Shown here one piece after another: positions 26,459 to 41,000 of a stretch of DNA of 64,000 bases. Numbering within the stretch: the first letter of the stretch is position 1; each line of letters starts with the position of its first letter. Both the position numbers and the translations under genes were made by a program. Source of the DNA: Macrostomum lignano (taxonomy: Eukaryota); contig NIVC01002716.1 of NCBI GenBank assembly GCA_002269645.1, positions 13,450 through 77,449 of the forward strand, given 5' to 3'. Below the pieces are notes generated by a model. The model searched no databases. It was not told the DNA's origin and saw nothing but the letters and a program-made list of their open reading frames with translations.

Positions 26459-26824
<366 letters not shown>

Positions 26825-27639
26825 TTCAACCGGATTTTCTAAAGTGATATAAACGAGATGATATGTGATCAATTTGAGTGTAACTGCTTTTACTAATTTC
26901 ACGCTTTATTATATATTCTGGGTAGGTGGACTAGAAAACGAAATTTTATTAAGATCGATAATTTCAGACTTTGTATCAGCCAATGAGGGAGCTCCAAATT
27001 TCTAGCCTTGTTAATAAGAGTAATTTTCTTATCACACTACTATTAGTGGCATGTAAAGTTTTTTTCTTTAAGGTCTTGGCGAAAAACGGCAGAAAAAAGG
27101 TTGAAGAAACAAAGAAAAAAGTAACTTGGTAAATGGTAATGAATACTTATTTCAGTGGCGGCGCAGGGGGGGGGGGCAGCTGCCCTCATGTGACCACAGG
27201 TCACTGCCTTAAGGGGGGTGACCACCCCATCATCCCCACGGTTTGAGATATGGAGGGAGAGATCAAATGAGCAATGATGTGACTCCCGTCTGGCAAGCTG
27301 TGATCGAATTGGCTTCTATTGCTTTAGGCTCGTTCACAGGTTTTTGAATAATAAAATTACATTAGTCTGCGGGTACACTGTACACCTAAAATATCCTTAC
27401 GATCTGCCAACAGCTTCAGATTTATATCCCTGCAGCCCTAGCCTTCTCACTAGCCTGCATGCTCAAAGATGAATAAATCAAAGCAAGACAAATTAAATTT
27501 GTGATGATTTTCACCTGACTAATATTGTCCATTAGGAGCTCCCACTGTGTTGGGTTGGTTTTTAAGTTTGGTGGAAGTGGTGAGGATGAGGATAATAGCC
27601 CAGCTGCAGATATACTATACTAGTCGAGAATGGAATGAT

Positions 27640-27753
27640 TGAATTATTGCAAACCGGGATCAGGATCCCGATGGTCAATTTCGGGATTTTCGAATCCCGG
27701 ACAATTGTGATCCCGGAATTTCGGGATCCCGAGCGATTGATTTGCATTCCCTA
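27640..27753 (-). mobile_element. End of a hAT-like element with CCCGGGAT-type subterminal repeats
   Basis: Ends TTGCATTCCCTA (reverse complement TAGGGAATGCAA), similar to TAGGGATTGCAA at 33172. Confidence 0.55.
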
Positions 27754-27906
27754 CGCTGCACACTGCCAACAAAACCGGCCAGAGCTTGCATGGTGTCAGG
27801 GGTCCTCTTTGTACATCTAATTTGTTGGCTTTGAATGTTTCTTTTATTGCTACAAAGATCAAGTTGCAAAGCGTATGGCATACTTTAAATGCAATTTGGC
27901 TTACGG

Positions 27907-28142
27907 CAGGGATGGGCAAGACTCCGGCCCACAAACCCCTCTATTCGGCCCTCAGGTCTTAAAGTCCTTTGAAACTTCACGATATCAATCCATCTCGCTT
28001 AAGGTCTCTCTAGTATTCTCTCGCCTCTCCTCTCTTTCCATTCCTTCCCTCTACCTGTACCTTTCTCCCATTCTCTGGCCCGCAGTCAAGCTAGCTAGAT
28101 TCTCTATCTCACTTGCGGTATTAAAGTTATAGCGGACCCCTG
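27907..28142 (+). mobile_element. hAT/Charlie-like MITE (236 bp)
   Basis: Ends CAGGGATGGGCAA ... GCGGACCCCTG; TSD GCTTACGG/GTGTACGG (6/8); internal homology to 34688-35815 and 59040-59230. Confidence 0.75.
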
Positions 28143-28389
28143 GTGTACGGACGGTGACGGTCGTCAAAAACAATAGCTACTGGGTATTTAAGCTGCATAA
28201 GGATTAATTGCATTTGAGATTTTGGTTTCCACATGTACTAATACACTGCAGTTTAAAACATCACGTACTGGTAGCCAGGTAGCGGGAAGCGGGGATACAT
28301 GCGCGTCATGTAGGGTGCTTTTAGTTCGCTGTAGAATCTCTGCTAATTCATTTTGCCGTGAAAATCGGCATACTTTAAAATTTGCGGTT

Positions 28390-28545
28390 ACCTAAAAAGG
28401 GCCGTTTTAGCGTTCAATTCAAATTGTAAGTGCTTATCCCTATGGTCCCGTGCCGATAATTCTAATTTTATCCACTTCCACACGGATCAGTGTCAATAAT
28501 TATGCTAGACTAGCATGTAATGATTAAACCGCGGATGAACTAACT
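28390..28545 (-). other. Orphan duplicate of the H3 3' UTR with a broken stem-loop
   Basis: AAAAGGGCCGTTTTAGCGTTCAATTCAAATT ... TATGCTAGACTAGCAT.TAATGAT...CCGCGGATGAACT matches 28957-29027, with a 70-bp-scale insertion. Confidence 0.85.
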
Positions 28546-28949
28546 GCCTATAGTTTTCCACTTCTTTATCAGATTGACATTCGTAAAGCTTCTCAGAAAT
28601 AAACGAGCATTAGGGATATATCTAGAATCATCTTAATTTTGTATTGTAATGAGCTAAAAATTTAATTTTACTAATAAATTGCTGTGCTTAATTGCATCAA
28701 GGTAACAAAGCATACATGTAGACTAGACTTAAATGCATGCATTATAGATTCACTACAACTAGATAGAATTCGGATGCAGAATTTTAACGCCTATTTCATT
28801 GACAGATAAGTCATACACGTAATTCTAGAGTGTCAACACAAATGTGTATTAGTTTAGCAGCTTGGAAGTTAGGTCGTGCCTAATGGCTGTGCTGCTGTAG
28901 TGCAAGTTATAGTTTTGTCTTGCGATTTACGACATCATTAAAATGTGGT

Positions 28950-28965
28950 GGCCCTGAAAAGGGCC
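28950..28965 (-). terminator. Histone 3' stem-loop of H3
   Basis: AAAAC GGCCCT TTTC AGGGCC ACCACA. Confidence 0.95.
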
Positions 28966-29036
28966 GTTTTAGCGTTCAATTCAAATTATGCTAGACTAGC
29001 ATCTAATGATAAGCCGCGGATGAACTTGAAGGCAGC

Positions 29037-29471
<435 letters not shown>

Positions 29472-29580
29472 TTAGGTAGGTGGCTGATGGTTGAATATTT
29501 TTAAAAGTTTATGACTTCAATTTTGCGCAGACTATGCTTTATATGTAGTCTGTACTCATTAGTATAATTTATTACAACAG

Positions 29581-29646
29581 TTCTGATTGGCTAAGAAAAA
29601 AGTTAAAATATTCAACGAACCTTTTCATCTTTCTTTACTAACAGTA
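29581..29646 (-). promoter_or_regulatory. H3 promoter: CCAAT box (TTCTGATTGG) and TACTAACAGTA element
   Basis: The same two motifs occur upstream of H2A (31852-31927). Confidence 0.6.
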
Positions 29647-30492
29647 GGCAATGCCTAATTCAAAATTTAGTGTTTGGCCCTGCCGCCTAAGGGCCCTAGG
29701 CCACTGAGGCCAGAATCAACACTAAAAAGGCTTTTAACAACTTTTTTACAACCAATTTACAATTTTTTAGGCCTAATTTCACATTTTAAACCATTGATTG
29801 CACAATCCACATTCCCGCCAGACTTAAACAGTTGTATTTTTGTCCAAAGGTATCACTATCAGATATCAAAGTATAATGATCATTACGTACTCTCCAATCC
29901 AAATAATTGACCAATTCTCACTTTTAGACCACCAGAATGTGTCCATTTCATCGAAGTTTCAAAATGCTACTTTTTATCTCGTAGTGGCCTCAGGAACTTA
30001 GGAATCGAAAAACCATTCTTCGATTGATGCGCTGTGTTCATGTTCATGGCTTGTTGGGGAAGCTATACAAAGCACACACGTACACTCGTTGAAAATGGCA
30101 ATTTATAACGCATGAGTTGTAGTGTTAATGTGTTTAATGTGTAATAATGATAACTGTATGATGCATGTGCAATGCATTGCATGTACTGTAAGGGTATATG
30201 TACACCGGTACATGTTAATTGCATACCACTTTCTAAGCAATTTAATGAATTATGTACGAGAGTACGAGCTACATGTGCAGACGGCAACGGCAAGGTTAAG
30301 AGAAAATAAGTAATACATGTACATTGTACATGTATTAAACATTCATTATGGTTGGATAGTCCGCGGATAACCCCGGCTTTTATGCTACCGACATCCTGAT
30401 TAATTATTAGTAAAAAGGTCACGCAGTTCATCGCTATTCTCGCATTTATACTGTTATTCTGAAGTATTTTATGTATGACTTACAAAATTCTT

Positions 30493-30508
30493 TGCCCTTA
30501 AAAGGGCC
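30493..30508 (-). terminator. Orphan histone 3' stem-loop
   Basis: AAAAC GGCCCT TTTA AGGGCA, about 720 bp beyond the H2A stem-loop. Confidence 0.7.
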
Positions 30509-31213
30509 GTTTTAGCATTTATTTAAGATAACGTAACCGGTCACTAACATCTAGCAAGACCCGTGCATCGGTTTATTGCAGCTTTCAAATTTAAACAATT
30601 ACACGCCAGCACAATTTTTTGGATAATTAGATAAACTACACAAGCATTCAAAGCTGTTTATACAACTACTCTTGAGAGCCAGTCTATCAAGACAAGCAGA
30701 ACCTGGATTAGATTTACATTGACATTTGACTGGACTGAATGGCCTAGAAAATTTTTACCATTATCCTGACTCGTTGAACCATTAAATTAGTCCGACTAGG
30801 ATCCAGAATAAATCTTGAATTTGAGTCTTACTTGGTGCTTGACTCAAAGTTTTTAACCAAGTCCAAATGCAATGCATTCTTTAAATTTCGTATATTTTTA
30901 TTTTTAGTTGAACTTTTGAGATAGAGTTTAATGCGCTATACAGATGCAATGAAGATAATAAGAGTGTATTTCTGCAATGCTTTTGCGGCTGCCTAGGCCC
31001 TAACTAGCTGGCTGTCTGTCATTGTTATCATAGGTGAGTTATGAGTATGCAGAGATGCAGACTACATCGATTGCCATACCAGCGATTAAAAGGACAAGTC
31101 ACAGGACTGACTTAGGCTAAGCGATACAGTATGTGAAATGTTTACAATTTTATACAATCGTCAATCGAGATGAACACGAACAGGATGTCACGACTACATC
31201 ATCTTAATGTGGT

Positions 31214-31229
31214 GGCCCTGAAAAGGGCC
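31214..31229 (-). terminator. Histone 3' stem-loop of H2A
   Basis: AAAAC GGCCCT TTTC AGGGCC ACCACA. Confidence 0.95.
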
Positions 31230-31333
31230 GTTTTAACGTTCTTAAGAGCGCAGCAATTACTTGCTGTCGCTGTCTGGCTGGGATCTAGCAAAAGATGCGC
31301 TCAGCCTTATAGCTTCCGTTATGCGTAGACTGT

Positions 31334-31753
<420 letters not shown>

Positions 31754-31851
31754 TTAAGAGTTGTATAGCAGTTTGGATACCCTCCTCTGTGAAATATATA
31801 GGCTCTTGTTCCTACAAATAATCTTAGCAACGGTTAGCAACGGGGCTGAAT

Positions 31852-31927
31852 TCTGATTGGTTAAGAAGTTTCTAAGTTAAGACAAAAATTAGCAAGTAAA
31901 ATTTTACTTGTTACTCTACTAACAGTA
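31852..31927 (-). promoter_or_regulatory. H2A promoter: CCAAT box and TACTAACAGTA element
   Basis: TTCTGATTGGTTAAGAA and TACTAACAGTA, shared with the H3 promoter. Confidence 0.6.
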
Positions 31928-32573
31928 ACACAATAAGAACACGTTAATTTTGCAAATTTGCAAACATTCTTGAATTGGATGGATACATTGCAATTTATAT
32001 TTTTTTATTCACAGAGCCGGGTAAACATGCAAAACAAAAATTGTACTTAATCTCTCCCCGACTGTCGAGTTGCACAAAAAATTGGTTGACACGTAGCTTT
32101 TCCGAGTCGGACAATGCTGTATAAAAACATGAGATAAAATTTCTTAGCTGACGAAATTTTTTTAGCTGACGAAAGCATTGGCATTTAGGAATCTTTAGGA
32201 CCACCGAGGCCTTAAATTTGACCCGAGGGCCCAGCTGCAACGCCGTCCAAAATCCTGAGGGCCTCGTGATTCATGCCGAGAGTTACTGTCAGCCTGTACA
32301 GGAGTCCTGCTGCTAACCTTAACTACAGAACCCGTTCATGATGCGTTGTTTGATGTCGTCTGCCCGAATTTACTTTTCAGTGTGGCGTCTTTTGTTGTCA
32401 TTTTTAGAAAGCAGAGTCAAGGAATTTTTTAATTGTGATGAAATTAAGTGATTTGCAATAGTCATCCTATGGGTTTGATGTGATTGTGCATTGCCATTTA
32501 ACAGCTCTATACAAGTTAAATGTAAACAAGTATCAGCACACAGCTTTTGTTCACATAACTGCATCACTGCCAG

Positions 32574-33082
32574 CAGGGGCGTCGCCAACGGGGGGGACAG
32601 GGGGGCATGTCCCCCCCAGTAAAAGATCTGGGGGGGCATGCCAATGCTTTGTCCTCCCCACCACACTTGGTGGCCCTTTGTGCAAATCAATAATTTTGCT
32701 GCATGGCGACAAAACACAGCACCTGCAGCGCTAAAATGAGTGTTTGTGGCGCTAAAATGAGTCCCTGTGGCGCTGAAATGGTGCCTGCGGCGCTAAAATG
32801 AGTACTTGTGGCGCTAAAATGAGTCCCTGTGGCGCTATGGTGCCTGCGGCGCTAAAATTAAATGCTTGTGGCGCTATAATGAGTCCCTGTGGCGCTAAAA
32901 TGAGTGCCTGTGGCGCTAAAGTGAGTGCCTGTGGCGCTAAAGTGAGTGCCTGTGGCGCTAAAATGAGTGCTGACAACACCGATTCTGAAAAGAATGTACA
33001 TGTAGGAATTTAGTCGTTTACATGTACATGTAGAATTCTTGGCTTTGTCCCCCCCACCATAAAATCCATGGCGACGCCCCTG
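32574..33082. mobile_element. Complete hAT MITE (509 bp) with internal 21-bp tandem repeats
   Basis: Perfect 14-bp TIR CAGGGGCGTCGCCA / TGGCGACGCCCCTG; perfect 8-bp TSD ACTGCCAG on both sides. Confidence 0.95.
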
Positions 33083-33171
33083 ACTGCCAGCATGCACGAG
33101 AGTATATATAGACACTTTTACCCTTAGGCCAATGTACTTTATTAACCTTATAGAGCAAGTGTACTTATACC

Positions 33172-33300
33172 TAGGGATTGCAAAATCCCGGTTTTTTGCG
33201 ATCCCGGGATCTCGGGATTTAATCCCGGGATCGGGATCTCGGGATTAAATTCCGGGATTTAATATCGGAATCCCGGGATCAGAAAAATACAGATTTTTAA
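33172..33300 (+). mobile_element. End of a hAT-like element (TAGGGATTGCAA) with CCCGGGAT subterminal repeats
   Basis: Similar terminus and subterminal motifs to 27640-27753. Confidence 0.55.
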
Positions 33301-33735
33301 GCTCCTGGGTTTAAATTTTAAGGCAAAATATGCGCTCAACGTATTTTTGCTTCCATTTTTGATTGCTATAGAGATAATGATCTTTTTGTATATGAAAAAC
33401 AGCATTATCTTGTGACGTATTTAAGTAAGTAGTATAAAAGTACTGTTAGTAGTAAAGAAGCTAATCATATATCAAAATTTACATTGGAATACATTACACA
33501 TTTGAATCTACATGTATTTTCGAAAACCGCCACCCTTTGGCAGAGCGATTGACTGCAGCTCACTGCAAATGACGAAATTATAAGCTTTTCCAACTCTCGC
33601 TCAGACGCGGGGTCTTAAGGGTGGTGGCTGATTATTAGTTGTTGCTGAGAGTATAAACTCGATATACCTTACACACTCTGACAAGGAACATTAATTGCAA
33701 ATTGCTAACAATTGAATCTGTTTTCAAACTATAAC

Positions 33736-34141
<406 letters not shown>

Positions 34142-34174
34142 TAGCCAGCGAGTAGAAAGCTTTCAGTTAAAAAC

Positions 34175-34190
34175 GGCCCTTTTAAGGGCT
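34175..34190 (+). terminator. Histone 3' stem-loop of the H2B pseudogene
   Basis: AAAAC GGCCCT TTTA AGGGCT. Confidence 0.85.
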
Positions 34191-34687
34191 ATATATTAAT
34201 GTAGCCATTAATGTAGCTCGGACTGATTAATTATATGCAATTATATGAGTTACAGTTTTAAATGAATCAGATTTTGTTCTAATCTAAATGCTAAAAATGA
34301 GTTGCGTTGGCCTACTGTTTTTTAAATTAAGATTTGGCAAAATAAACAAATCCTACAAACGGAACAGTCGATGATTTCTCAGATCGCCGGCAAAGGCACA
34401 GAGAGACAGAAGTGGAAAAGCAGTTGCAGAGCATAAAATGAAGTTATAATTTTGTGTAAAAGCGACAGCTTTGCCAGCTCAGCAAACGCTTCGTTGCCGA
34501 AAGTTGGTTAAAAACAGAAATGCCTTCCGGAGTAAAAAGACGAATTAATTTCTCAAACAAGCATCAATAAAGTACAGTTTGACAGACGGATAAGGCAATT
34601 TGTACCCACGGATGCAAGAGGCGAATATCTAGGAATTGCACACGACAGAGCAGATCATGAAGATAATAACAAAAAACTCGTTTTGAG

Positions 34688-35815
34688 CAGGGGTCGGCAA
34701 TTTTTAACCCAAGAGTCAGATAGAGACTGCGGGCTGGGGGAGAGGAGAGGAGAGGGAAGGATTGGAGAGGGGAGGATTGGAGAGGGGAGGATTGGAGAGG
34801 AGAGGAGAGGAGAGGAGAGGAGAGGGGAGGATTGGAGAGGGGAGGATTGGAGAGGGGAGGATTGGAGAGGAGAGGAGAGGAGAGGGGAGGATTGGAGAGG
34901 GGAGGATTGGAGAGGGAAGGATTGGAGAGGGGAGGATTGGAGAGGAGAGGAGAGGAGAGGAGAGGAGAGGGGAGGATTGGAGAGGGGAGGATTGGAGAGG
35001 GGAGGATTGGAGAGGGAGGATTGGAGAGGGGAGGATTGGAGAGGAGAGGAGAGGAGAGGAGAGGAGAGGGGAGGATTGGAGAGGGGAGGATTGGAGAGGG
35101 GAGGATTGGAGAGGGGAGGATTGGAGAGGGGAGGATTGGAGAGGAGAGGAGAGGAGAGGAGAGGAGAGGAGAGGGGAGGATTGGAGAGGGGAGGATTGGA
35201 GAGGGGAGGATTGGAGAGGGGAGGATTGGAGAGGGGAGGATTGGAGAGGGGAGGATTGGAGAGGGGAGGATTGGAGAGGAGAGGAGAGGAGAGGAGAGGA
35301 GAGGAGAGGGAGGATTGGAGAGGGGAGGATTGGAGAGGGGAGGATTGGAGAGGGGAGGATTGGAGAGGGGAGGATTGGAGAGGGGAGGATTGGAGAGGGG
35401 AGGATTGGAGAGGGGAGGATTGGAGAGGGGAGGATTGGAGAGGAGAGGAGAGGATTAGAGAGGAGAGGAGAGGAGAGGAGAGGATTAGAGAGGAGAGGAG
35501 AGGAGAGGAGAGGATTAGAGAGGAGAGGAGAGGAGAGGAGAGGAGAGGAGAGGAGAGGAGAGGAGAGGAGAGGAGAGGATTAGAGAGGAGAGGAGAGGAG
35601 AGGAGAGGATTAGAGAGGAGAGGAGAGGAGAGGAGAGGAGAGGGGAGAAGAGAAGAAAGGAGAGAAGAGAGGAGATTAGATAGGAGAGCTGAGAAGAGAC
35701 ACAAGTCTTGAGCGGGCCGGATCGGTATTGTGCAGTTTCAAAGGACCCGAGGGCCGGACAGAGAGGCTTCGCGGTCGGCGTGTAAGACCCGTAGGCAGAA
35801 GTTCGCCGACCCCTG
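34688..35815 (-). mobile_element. hAT/Charlie-like MITE carrying a roughly 950-bp (GGAGA)/(GGAGGATTGGAGAGG) purine satellite
   Basis: TIRs CAGGGGTCGGCAA / TTCGCCGACCCCTG; TSD GTTTTGAG/GTTCAGAG (6/8); internal CCTTTGAAACT.CAC.ATA homology with 27907-28142. Confidence 0.8.
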
Positions 35816-36108
35816 GTTCAGAGTTAACAAAGAGAAAAATCAAGCTTTGCCTCATGTGAGGAGTGAATTAAAAGTACAAAAGGGAATTGAAAGCTGAGGC
35901 AATAACAGCGCGCTGGCAGGGGCACAAGTCACCAGAAGCCCTAAAGAGGCTTGAAGTCGGTGAAGATCAGGTGTAGAAACGGCAAAACTTCCAGACGCAG
36001 CAGATAGTAAGGAAAAATTGGTTAAAAAGTTTAAACAACTTTAAACAAAACATGTTGGCTGTTGTATTTGCGTTCTAAGTCTAATAAAAAGTGTCGTTAG
36101 TTTAAAAC

Positions 36109-36124
36109 GGCCCTTTTAAGAACA
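36109..36124 (+). terminator. Orphan, broken histone stem-loop
   Basis: TTTAAAAC GGCCCT TTTA AGAACA; 3' arm degenerate. Confidence 0.55.
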
Positions 36125-36320
36125 CACTCAATGTCGGCTACGAATGGCCAAAGAACAGATGATTACAAGTAGGGCCAGGACAAGGACGGAAAGAGCACGT
36201 AGAACATTTTTATTAAATTTAAAGGCACAGACAGCACAAGAACCGATTTACTTGAAGTGTTCGATTTTTCTACGAAAGATGAAATTCATTTGATATGACT
36301 TGGCAACGCCGAGCATGAGG

Positions 36321-36729
36321 CCGAGAAGCGTCCCAGAGTCGCTTCAGAGTCGTTGCAGGTTACGCAGTTAAAGTAAGAAAGCAGTGACTCCAGACGACTC
36401 TGAAGCAACGTAGAAAACTCGTCAAAAGTCGCCCACAGAGCCAATTTGAGGCGTTTTATTGTCTGCGATTCCGGGGCGACACAACCAAGTGACTCTGGAG
36501 CCGTAGTCGGACCTGAGGCGTGGTGGAGTCGCTGTAGAAGCACTGAGTTGCCTCTAGAGCGCATCTGCGTCACTTGATGAACCAGAATCGCATTTTGAAG
36601 TTATAACAATTCTACAGTCGCCTCTCAGTCGCATTGCAGTTGTTTGAGTCGTTAAAAAGTGACGACAAAGTCGCCAAAGAGTTGCAATGAGTCTGAAGCG
36701 GTTCTGGTTGCGGTAACGTTCTCAACGGG
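36321..36729. mobile_element. Degenerate foldback/MITE-like element rich in AGTCGC motifs
   Basis: CCAGAGTCGCTTCAGAGTCGTTGCA near the left end is mirrored by TGCAATGAGTCTGAAGCGGTTCTGG near the right end. Confidence 0.4.
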
Positions 36730-36830
36730 ATGAAGCCCAGTATGGCAACCGAATGCGTATCAATTTTCAGAAAAATTTAGCAGCTTGAGATGAAAATTGC
36801 ATTATAGGATTTTTAAAATCTAACAAAAAC

Positions 36831-36846
36831 GGCCCTTCTCAGGGCG
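36831..36846 (+). terminator. Orphan histone-like stem-loop abutting the TTC17 stop codon (opposite strand)
   Basis: AAAAAC GGCCCT TCTC AGGGCG GTCCCA. Confidence 0.6.
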
Positions 36847-36854
36847 GTCCCACG

Positions 36855-37918
36855 CTACACAATGTTATTCCGCTTAATCAGACACCGGATGGCCTCCGAC
36901 CGTTCAGCGGCCAGCACCAACTCCGGGTCCAGCGCGGCGGCGATCTCGTAGTGCTTAGCGGCCTCAAGCCAGTCATTGGAGCCGGCGTGGATGTTGGCCA
37001 GGGCCATGTGGCCCGCCGCAGTCGGCTGAGACTGCGCGAACGCCAGGTCGATCAGGACGAAGGCCAGACGCCGGCCGACTTCATCATACAGACCGAGCAG
37101 CTCGGCGAGGCCCAGCAGAGCCACGTGCCTCGCACCTGCTGGCGCCCAGTCGTGGGCGGTCAGCAGGCACTCGAACGCGGCCGTGTGGTTGCCATGGCGA
37201 CGGTGCTGCAGCGCTGCCAGCGCGGCCGAGGCCCAGGCCTCCGAGGACGGCGTGCCCGGCCGCCGGTTCGGCACCAGCCTGGCAATCTCGGCCTCGTTGT
37301 TCGCCATGTCCGAGCCGAGGTCCGACCAGCGCAAGCCCAGGCCGGACAGCAGTTCGGCCAGCTGGCCGCCCAGCCGCTTATTGGCCTCGGATAAGGCGGC
37401 AACCGGCTCAGCGTCCGGACGGAAGAATTTCCGGCCAAGCTGGGCCTCGGCCAGCAGCCGGCGAAGTTGCTGCTGGCCTTCGCGCAGCGGTGCTGAGAAA
37501 GTGGAGGCGGCAGGCGCCGCGGGGCCCTGCTGGAGCATCTGCTGCTGCTGTTGTTGCTGCTGCTGGGTGTCCTCGGCCAGCAGGTCGGCCGCAGTGGTCG
37601 GGCAGGCGGGCGCCGCGCCAGAGGCCAGCGACTCAGCTGTGGCGGCGGGGAGTCGGGTGTCGTTGGCCTCCATGTCTGCGGCCGCGGCAACAGAGTCGCT
37701 CGAGTTCGCCGCCATCTCGTTGCCGCCGCTGGCATTTTTTGACACCGCAGGCGCCGAGGCCTGGCGGAGTCGCCGCTGGAAATCGAGGTGCAGCCGGCGC
37801 CGCTTGTGCAGCCGGGATAGCCGGTCCAGCAGCAGGTCGCCCGGCCAGGTGGGCGGCGCGGGTTCCGCAAGGCTGGCGGCAGATGGACAGCTGCAGGATA
37901 AAGTGGGGAGCTGGTATA

Positions 37919-37967
<49 letters not shown>

Positions 37968-37970
37968 GGC

Positions 37971-38015
<45 letters not shown>

Positions 38016-38018
38016 GGC

Positions 38019-38063
<45 letters not shown>

Positions 38064-41000
38064 GGCAGGCAGACAGGCAGACAGACAGCAGAAAGCGGAC
38101 AACAGAAAGCGGACAGCGGACAACAGAAAGTGGACAGCAGACAGCAGAACATGGACAGCAGACGGCAGAGAGCGGACAGCGGACAACAGAAAGTGGACAG
38201 AGACAACAGAACATGGACAGCATACCCCTCCAGGTTCAGCTGGCTCAGCGGGGGTCTCCCGGCCTGCAGCAGCTCGGCGTGCCGGTCGATGAGCCTCTGC
38301 AGTCGGTTGACGAACTCGACGGTCTCGGCGAGGACCTTCGCTGCTGCAGTGGCGGCGGCGAGTTTCTGGCAGCCGGGCGACTGCGAGCTGTCGTTGAAGA
38401 CCACGCAGTCAGCTCCAGACGGGTCGGCAGCGGCACCGCTGCGGTCAGAGTTGAACAGCAGGCCCTTGATCACAGCCTGGCTGTTGTCCTTGCGCGGCAG
38501 CAGGTGAATGTGCGGCACCCTGCGGATTGGCAGTCATTGGCAGTCATGGATGCTTTATTGGGATGGGTTCATGGACTCAAGAGGATCTGTAAGAATAGAG
38601 CGCAAGGGTCCAAGACAGGACACCATAATAGAATAGTTGCCAGTTTGACAGCGTGTCAGCGTCATCTAAGTACCCCGAGGACCTCTGAGGTACCCACAGG
38701 ACACACTCAGGTACCCTCAGGACAGCCGCACAGATACCCCCGGACACAGCCGCCCAGCTACTCCCCGGACACAGCCGCACAGATACCCCTGGACACAGCC
38801 GCCCAGCTACTCCCCGGACACAGCCGCACAGATACCCTCGGACACAGCCGCCCAGCTACTCCCCGGACACAGCCCACAGATACCCCGGACACAGCCGCCC
38901 AGCTACTCCCCGGACACAGCCGCCCAGCTACTCCCGGACACAGCCCACAGATACCCCCGGACACAGCCGCCCAGCTACTCCCCGGACACAGCCGCCCAGC
39001 TACTCCCCGGACACAGCCGCACGCCCGCACAGATACCCCCGGACACAGCCCGGACAGCCGCCCAGCTACTCCCAGGACACAGCTGCACAGATACCCCGGA
39101 CACAGCCGCACAGATACCCCCGGACACAGCACAGATGCACAGCCAGACAGCTCACTTGAAGGCGATGGAATTGGCGGGCGCAAGGCACTCGGAAGCCGAG
39201 TACTGCATGTAGTGGGAGTACAGGTCGCAGATCTTCTCCTGAAAGTGCGCCCGCAGCTCCGCACAGGCGTGCCGGCCGCGGCAGGGCCGGTCCGGATCGA
39301 ACGGGCTGCTGGCGCTGTGACCGCCGATCCCGGCGGCTTCGGCCGAGCGGCGCTGGCACCGGACAGCGGCCAGCCTGGCGGTGAGGTCGGCGGCCCGCTC
39401 CGGGTCCTGGCGCATGGCGGCCAGATAGTGCGCCTCAGCTCCGGAGTAATTGGAGAGGCTGGGCGAGAGTGTTAAGTTAAATATATATTGTAAAATAATG
39501 TTGAGAAGGGCGACTGGAAATTAAACAGACTTAGTGGCACAGGGACAGCACACAGCGGTAGCATATTCTTGGATATTGCTCAGGCTGTACCTGAGGGTTG
39601 TAGCTCAGTGGTCAGAGCGTCGGACTCACGAATGAAAGGTCAGGAGTTCGATTCTCGACCCACTCAACAATTTGTGTCCTTGAGCAAGACATTTAAGTCT
39701 GCATTGCTTCAGTTCACTCAGCTGTGAAATGGGTGCCAGCATTAGCTGGGGTAATTGATGGTGTGCGTGGTGACCCCTTCCCCCCCCCCCCCAGTCTTTG
39801 GACTGAACAGCCGTACGCAGCCTTCAGATACAGCTGCGGCTGAGCTGTCGGTTACACAGGTAACAGCACAGGTGGTTTCACAGGTAACAGCACAGGTGGT
39901 TTCACAGGTAACAGCACAGGTGGTTACACAGGTAACAGCAGAGGTGGTTACACAGGTAACAGCACAAGTGGTTACACAGGTAACAGCAGAGGTGGTTGCA
40001 CAGATAACAGCACAGGTGGTTACACAGGTAACAGCAGAGGTGGTTTCACAGGTAACAGCACAGGTGGTTACACAGGTAACAGCACAAGTGGTTACACAGG
40101 TAACAGCACAGGTGGTTACACAGGTAACAGCACAGGTGGTTACACAGGTAACAGCACAGGTGGTTTCACAGGTAACAGGAGAGGTGGTTACACAGGTAAC
40201 AGCACAGGTGGTTACACAGGTAACAGTACAGGTGGTTACACAGGTAACAGCACAAGTGGTTACACAGGTAACAGCACAGGTGGTTTCACAGGTAACAGCA
40301 CAGGTGGTTACACAGGTAACAGCACAGGTGGTTACACAGGTAACAGCACAAGTGGTTACACAGGTAACAGCACAGGTGGTTTCACAGGTAACAGCACAGG
40401 TGGTTACACAGGTAACAGCACAGGTGGTTACACAGGTAACAGCACAGGTGGTTTCACAGGTAACAGGAGAGGTGGTTACACAGGTAACAGCACAGGTGGT
40501 TACACAGGTAACAGCACAGGTGGTTGCACAGATAACAGCACAGGTGGTTACACAGGTAACAGCACAGGTGGTTTCACAGGTAACAGCACAGGTGGTTACA
40601 CAGGTAACAGCAGAGGTGGTTTCACAGGTAACAGCACAGGTGGTTACACAGGTAACAGCACAAGTGGTTACACAGGTAACAGCACAGGTGGTTACACAGG
40701 TAAAAGCACAGGTGGTTACACAGGTAACAGCACAGGTGGTTACACAGGTAACAGCACAGGTGGTTTCACAGGTAACAGCACAGGTGGTTACACAGGTAAC
40801 AGCACAGGTGGTTACACAGGTAACAGCACAGGTGGTTACACAGGTAACAGCACAAGTGGTTACACAGGTAACAGCACAGGTGGTTTCACAGGTAACAGCA
40901 CAGGTGGTTACACAGGTAACAGCACAGGTGGTTACACAGGTAACAGCACAAGTGGTTACACAGGTAACAGCACAGGTGGTTTCACAGGTAACAGCACAGG

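Noticed and set aside
34655-35711. 340-350-aa RGE/SSPL repeat ORFs
   Set aside because: Translations of a purine satellite inside a MITE
36951-38292. Plus-strand ORFs overlapping TTC17 exons
   Set aside because: Antisense shadows of GC-rich coding sequence
39595-39670. tRNA gene
   Set aside because: A/B boxes are present, but the sequence continues into a SINE body that is repeated at 53514; no intact acceptor stem
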